Shown: piece after piece, positions 48,016-52,249 of the stretch
Layout: every line of letters begins with the position of its first letter
Position numbering within the stretch: position 1 is the first letter of the stretch
Virus record (IMG/VR): IMGVR_UViG_3300044823_000078
Span: 1 to 52,249 of that record
DNA from: a virus
Taxonomy: Duplodnaviria; Caudoviricetes
Length of the DNA: 52,249 nucleotides
Direction: 5' to 3' (one strand)
Program-made: the position numbers and the translations under genes
Notes under the pieces: model-generated
Databases searched by the model: none
Seen by the model: the letters and a program-made list of their open reading frames with translations, nothing else
What the model was told of the DNA's origin: nothing

Positions 48016-49452
48016 ATGAGACCAAACCGCGAGCGCGACATTTCAGCAGCCAACGAGGACAGCACTCAGCCCGAGGAGCTGTCCATTGGCGTCTTGGTAG
48101 CGAACCAGTATTCCACGAAAGCGAAAGACAACTGGGTTCTGCTTTCCCCTTACGGCGAGTTTCCGAACGTGGTCGGGCTGCAAGTCTTCAATAAGACGGA
48201 CGCGGAGGCAATCTGCAACGAGTTCAATTCGGCGCCTTCGATTGGCGTTCGCGCTATTGGCTTGCCATGGTACGTCGGGCACCCCGACCACCCGCAGTTC
48301 AAGGAGCAGTACAAGGACACCGCCGCGAAGGGCCGCATCAAAGAGCTTGAGGCGCGCGACGACGGCCTGTGGGCGAACGTGAAGTGGAACGACGAGGGCA
48401 AGAACCTGATTACGAGCGAAGCGTTCCACGGGCACAGCGTCAACTGGCGTATGCGCCGCAACGGCGACAACGAGTACCACCCATTTTCTTTGAAGTCGGT
48501 CGGGTTCACGAACGAGCCCGGAATTCCAGTACCAGCAATCACAACCGCAAACGAAAGAACGAATATGAGCAAGCCTGACAATCAAACCGGCGTGGCGAAG
48601 AAGCCGACGCTGATGGACTACATCAAGAAGCTGACCGGCAAGGACGTTGCCAACGATGACGACGCGATGGGCGCGATGGACGGCTACGCTGCGAACAGCA
48701 AGAAGGAGCTGGCCGACCTGACGGCGAAGCACTCGGACTTGACGGCGAAGCACGGCGTCTTGCAGACCATGTGCAACTCAGTGCTGGCGAAGTACGGCGC
48801 GAACGAGAAAGGCGAGCTGCCGGAGGCTACGCTGACCACGCTCAAGGGCGTTGAATTTGCTGTGCCGGAGAAGGATTTGGTCGTCACGATGGCCAACGAG
48901 ATTTCGACTGTCCGCAAAGGCTTGGCTTCCGCGCTTGCGGTTGTCAAGGAAGCGGGCGTCGAAGTGCCGAAGGACGCTGACTTGGTTGTGCTGATAGCGA
49001 ACGAGGTCAAGACGGCTCGCGCCGGGCGCACCGCTGCGGAGCTGCTCGTGGCGAACGAGCGCAAGGCGAGCGCGGACCTGATGCTGGGCACGATGATTGC
49101 CGGCGGGTTCCTGACAAAGGCCGAAGCCGACGCGCTGCGCAAGGAGGATGGCAAGGACGTGGACTTCGCGAACGAGGCGAGCAACAAGGCGCTGGTCGGC
49201 AAGTTGTCGGGCTTGAAGCCGAAGATTGCGGTCGTCTCGACGGTCGGCAATCTTGGGCACGTCAGCTCGCAGATTCAGAAGAAGGCGGCGACAACGGCTG
49301 CCCGCACCGACTTGATTATCCAGGCGGCGAACGAGTACATGGAAGCCGAGGTGGCGAAAGGCCACAAGTGCGACCAGATGAAGGCGCACGCGCACATCGC
49401 CAAGACGCGTCCCGACCTGTTCACCGGCGACGACAAGAACATCACTCGGTAA
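48016..49452 (+). CDS. Mu-like prohead protease I with scaffold region
   Basis: PYGEF, GHPDH, AKGRIKELEARDDGLWANVKW--EG, SVGFTNEPGI; RPDLF C-terminus. Confidence 0.88.
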   Translation: MRPNRERDISAANEDSTQPEELSIGVLVANQYSTKAKDNWVLLSPYGEFPNVVGLQVFNKTDAEAICNEFNSAPSIGVRAIGLPWYVGHPDHPQFKEQYKDTAAKGRIKELEARDDGLWANVKWNDEGKNLITSEAFHGHSVNWRMRRNGDNEYHPFSLKSVGFTNEPGIPVPAITTANERTNMSKPDNQTGVAKKPTLMDYIKKLTGKDVANDDDAMGAMDGYAANSKKELADLTAKHSDLTAKHGVLQTMCNSVLAKYGANEKGELPEATLTTLKGVEFAVPEKDLVVTMANEISTVRKGLASALAVVKEAGVEVPKDADLVVLIANEVKTARAGRTAAELLVANERKASADLMLGTMIAGGFLTKAEADALRKEDGKDVDFANEASNKALVGKLSGLKPKIAVVSTVGNLGHVSSQIQKKAATTAARTDLIIQAANEYMEAEVAKGHKCDQMKAHAHIAKTRPDLFTGDDKNITR

Positions 49453-49463
49453 TCGAGGTGCCT

Positions 49464-49874
49464 ATGAGGAAGATTTTATTCGCAGCAGTTGCGGCGTGCG
49501 CGTTGCTCGCAGCGTGTGCGGTTCACGCGCAAGTAGTAGGGTTCGGCTCAGGGCAGGCACTGACCGGCACAACCAACACGCCGTCGGTGGACACGAACTA
49601 CCAAAGCGTTCTCGTCAAGAAAGTGACGCTGACTGTGTCGAGCGCGAACAGCACGACCATCACCGGGCTGATTGGGAACGTGTGGCTGACGTACACGCCG
49701 AACCAGCCGACCAACGGGGTGAACGTGGGCACGTTCACGGCGACGAACTTCACCTCAACAAACCTGACATTCATCGGATACTACACGAACCCGCCGCTGT
49801 ACACGGTGCTGCAAGCGCAGTGCGGGACGAATCAAATCCTTGCAACCGAACTTTACGGGCCGAACCAAAACTGA
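49464..49874 (+). CDS. Signal-peptide, TN-rich protein
   Basis: GAGGTG before ATG; MRKILFAAVAACALLAACAVHA-Q. Confidence 0.7.
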   Translation: MRKILFAAVAACALLAACAVHAQVVGFGSGQALTGTTNTPSVDTNYQSVLVKKVTLTVSSANSTTITGLIGNVWLTYTPNQPTNGVNVGTFTATNFTSTNLTFIGYYTNPPLYTVLQAQCGTNQILATELYGPNQN

Positions 49875-49902
49875 AACTCACAACCAAACTGACCGAACTA
49901 TT

Positions 49903-50226
49903 ATGAGCAACGAGAACGACAACTTAAAGATTGAGCAGCTAAAGAACGAGAATGAACGTCTCTCGTCCGAGTTGGACGCGGCGCAGCAGACCATTGCGCG
50001 CCAGACGCAGCAGATTGAGGACTTGAAGAGCGGCTTGGGCTCCGGCCTTGACTCACTGCCGAAGGAAGTGCGCGAGGACGCTCAGGAGCGTATGCGCGCC
50101 GGTCTTCCGAAGGATATCGCGATTGAGCGCGCGCTGGTTCAAGCGCGTCACAACAAGAATTTGGCCGCAGCGCAAGCTGAGGGCGCCACTGCAACCCCCA
50201 CTGGCAAAGGAAAAGCCAAAGCCTAG
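49903..50226 (+). CDS. Coiled-coil hypothetical protein
   Basis: Heptad-rich N-half; RMRAGL---AIE. Confidence 0.6.
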   Translation: MSNENDNLKIEQLKNENERLSSELDAAQQTIARQTQQIEDLKSGLGSGLDSLPKEVREDAQERMRAGLPKDIAIERALVQARHNKNLAAAQAEGATATPTGKGKAKA

Positions 50227-50256
50227 AAAGCCACGGCAAAACACGAAAGACAAACC

Positions 50257-50805
50257 ATGAAGCAGAAATTGATTATGCTCATCGAGGCGGCTGTCGGACT
50301 GCCGGCGGCTGCGGCTCGTTGGGTTCGGAATCGCGGCAAGGACATTGTTCTCGCTGCAAACGCGTTCACGCCTTCGACGCACGAGAAGGTCATCACCAAG
50401 TTCAGCACGGTAGCAATCGCGACCCGGTACTTGCTCGGCAAGTTCCACGGCACGGCGGCCAACGCTGCGCTCGGTCAGGTTATCACGACCACGCAGGGCG
50501 ACCGCGCGCTGTTCGTGATTCAAGACACGGTGGCAGCGGCTGACTTGACTGCCACGAGCAATTTCGCGCCGATTGGGTGCGTCATGCTTGGCGTGACAAA
50601 TGACACGGTGCCGATGGTAGCGAACGCGGCGCTGGCGGTCGGAACGGTTGTTTACCCCGACTTGGTCGGCACGGTGAACAGCTACGCAGGCGCGGGCAGC
50701 GGGACAGCGTTCCCGGTCGGCGTCATTGTAGGCCAGCCTTCGGCGCAGGCGGGCGACATTGTCGAAGTGATGAGCTGCATCGGCTTCGTCGCGTCGGCAG
50801 TCTAA
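50257..50805 (+). CDS. Putative head decoration protein (DUF2190-like)
   Basis: Directly upstream of capsid; A-AAL-VG--V...VG...AQAGDIVEV. Confidence 0.65.
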   Translation: MKQKLIMLIEAAVGLPAAAARWVRNRGKDIVLAANAFTPSTHEKVITKFSTVAIATRYLLGKFHGTAANAALGQVITTTQGDRALFVIQDTVAAADLTATSNFAPIGCVMLGVTNDTVPMVANAALAVGTVVYPDLVGTVNSYAGAGSGTAFPVGVIVGQPSAQAGDIVEVMSCIGFVASAV

Positions 50806-50844
50806 CCAACCTGAAACCAAACTGAGCGAAGGAATATAAAGACC

Positions 50845-51849
50845 ATGAAACAGGACATTTTGCAAACAGCGGAAGCGTTCGACAGCCAGCCGATTCTCAC
50901 CGACCGGATGGGCGGTAACGTGCCGGACGTGATATACGGAGCCAACGAGTCGCGCTTCATGGAAGCGACGTTCTCGGAGCCTTTGACGGCGTTCGCCGTG
51001 GGCTACAAGGACCCGGGCCAGCTCCAGGAGCTGCTCGACTTCATCGCGCCGGTCGTGCCCACGACCCGCCGGTTCGAGTATGCGTACGCGACCAACGCGG
51101 AAGAGTTCCAAGCGGAAACGAACAACGAAGACGTGCGCGGCATCGGCGCTTCGTTCAAGCGCGTTGAGTACACGACCCACAAGGCTGTGGGCGTGACGTA
51201 CAACAAAGGTTTGACCATCCGGGTTGACCTTGACAACGTGGAAGACCAGCCGCTGTGGGAGCAGATTTACACGGCGCGCATCATGCGGCGCCTGCTGCGC
51301 GCGGAAGCGCTCAGGGCGTACACGGTGCTGGCCGCTTTGGCGACCAACACGCCGCTGGTGTGGAACGCGACTGCGGGCCTCGACCCTGACCAGGACATTG
51401 CCGACTTGGTCGTGGCGTTCGCGGACTCGATGGGCATGAACCCGACGCGCGTGCTCTACGGCATCAACGCGTGGCAGGCGCGCCGCAAAGCGCACCGGGC
51501 GCAGAACACCGCCGGCGGCTTCGCTTCGTCTCAGCAGACGATTGACGAGGTTGCGGTTGGCGTGGGCGTGGACGAAGGCTTCATCAGCCGCGAGCGTTAC
51601 AGCACGAGCGCGACGGCGAAGAGCAAGATTGTGCCCTCGACGGTGCTCGTGTACATGAGCGAGGCGAACCAGTCGCCCGAGGACCCGTCCAACGTGAAGC
51701 GGTTCGTGAGCAACACGCAGGGCGGCACGCCGTTCCGGGTATTCCGCCAAGTGGTGAACGCGAAGCTCGTTGACATCACCGTGGAGCACTACTCCAACAT
51801 CCTGCCGACAGCGACGCTGGGCGTGCAGATGGCGACCATCGCCAGCTAA
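50845..51849 (+). CDS. Major capsid protein of phage 2
   Basis: LTAFAVGY, FIAPVV, W------PDQDI; position after protease and decoration genes. Confidence 0.8.
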   Translation: MKQDILQTAEAFDSQPILTDRMGGNVPDVIYGANESRFMEATFSEPLTAFAVGYKDPGQLQELLDFIAPVVPTTRRFEYAYATNAEEFQAETNNEDVRGIGASFKRVEYTTHKAVGVTYNKGLTIRVDLDNVEDQPLWEQIYTARIMRRLLRAEALRAYTVLAALATNTPLVWNATAGLDPDQDIADLVVAFADSMGMNPTRVLYGINAWQARRKAHRAQNTAGGFASSQQTIDEVAVGVGVDEGFISRERYSTSATAKSKIVPSTVLVYMSEANQSPEDPSNVKRFVSNTQGGTPFRVFRQVVNAKLVDITVEHYSNILPTATLGVQMATIAS

Positions 51850-51915
51850 CCATTGTGAGCGCGGACAGCCAACGCGCTCAAACCAATCTCCAACAATAAA
51901 GGAAAGACAAAAGAC

Positions 51916-52249
51916 ATGAGAACATTCAAACATTTGATTGCGGCTGCGATGCTCACGATTGGGCTCGCGGCAATGGCGGGACAGCCGGTGCTGCTGACGA
52001 TGAACATGGGAACGAACACGCTCCCGAACATTACCACAGGCTCTGCTACGTGGGCGGTGAACCCGTTCCTCCTAACAACTGCCTCTGGAGCGACAGTGAC
52101 AAACTTCGACTCCGAGTTCCAATCGCAGTACACGGTGTATTTCACCGCGCTTCCGACGTGGACCGGGGCGTACACCGCTGCTGGCACTCTGACGGCATCC
52201 ACGCTCGTCTCGCCAGACAGCTCGACATGGTTTGCAGGGCCGTCGTTCG
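51916..52249 (+). CDS. Signal-peptide protein, truncated by the window end
   Basis: MRTFKHLIAAAMLTIGLAAMA-G; open to the end. Confidence 0.6.
   Translation, partial: MRTFKHLIAAAMLTIGLAAMAGQPVLLTMNMGTNTLPNITTGSATWAVNPFLLTTASGATVTNFDSEFQSQYTVYFTALPTWTGAYTAAGTLTASTLVSPDSSTWFAGPSF

Larger units (their letters stand above)
44186..52249 (+). mobile_element. Partial second phage with Mu-like head module
   Basis: Visibly higher GC; second portal, protease and capsid of different families; left boundary approximate. Confidence 0.8.

Noticed and set aside
50053-51933. 626-aa minus-strand ORF (also 45002-45958, 48043-48753, 25712-26950)
   Set aside because: Antisense shadows of codon-biased head genes; no motifs
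1-52249. Alternative genetic code, tRNA or rRNA genes, integrase
   Set aside because: Standard-code ORFs tile densely with ATGA overlaps; no cloverleaf, rRNA or recombinase motifs recognised

Overview
The window holds two tailed-phage segments. Bases 1-43018 look like one complete, circularisable genome, because 1-127 is repeated exactly at 43019-43145. It carries early genes, a recombination/replication block (UvrD-type helicase, PD-(D/E)XK nuclease, AAA_24 ATPase, SSB-like, RuvC-like, SF2 helicase, primase) and DNA-modification candidates. It also carries a lambda-type head (GpA terminase, portal, ClpP-type protease, capsid), tail genes and lysis candidates; no integrase or repressor was recognised. 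After about 43.15 kb the sequence passes through a repeated 41-bp gene-end element into a GC-richer, partial Mu-like head operon (DUF935 portal, Mu-type protease, decoration protein, capsid). A Verrucomicrobiota host is inferred from protein style only. The most notable unexplained structure is: (1) a run of integron attC-like sites with small cassette genes, one a ferredoxin, and no integrase; (2) repeat-bounded His-rich cargo modules in the prohead protease plus recurring Asn motifs that may be cleavage sites; (3) many signal-peptide, Thr-Asn-rich proteins inside both virion operons; (4) a PPPRP tag on unrelated proteins; (5) a palindrome shared between an early gene and the late-operon leader; (6) a structured ~330-nt RNA candidate. 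All family calls are by motif recognition, not database search.
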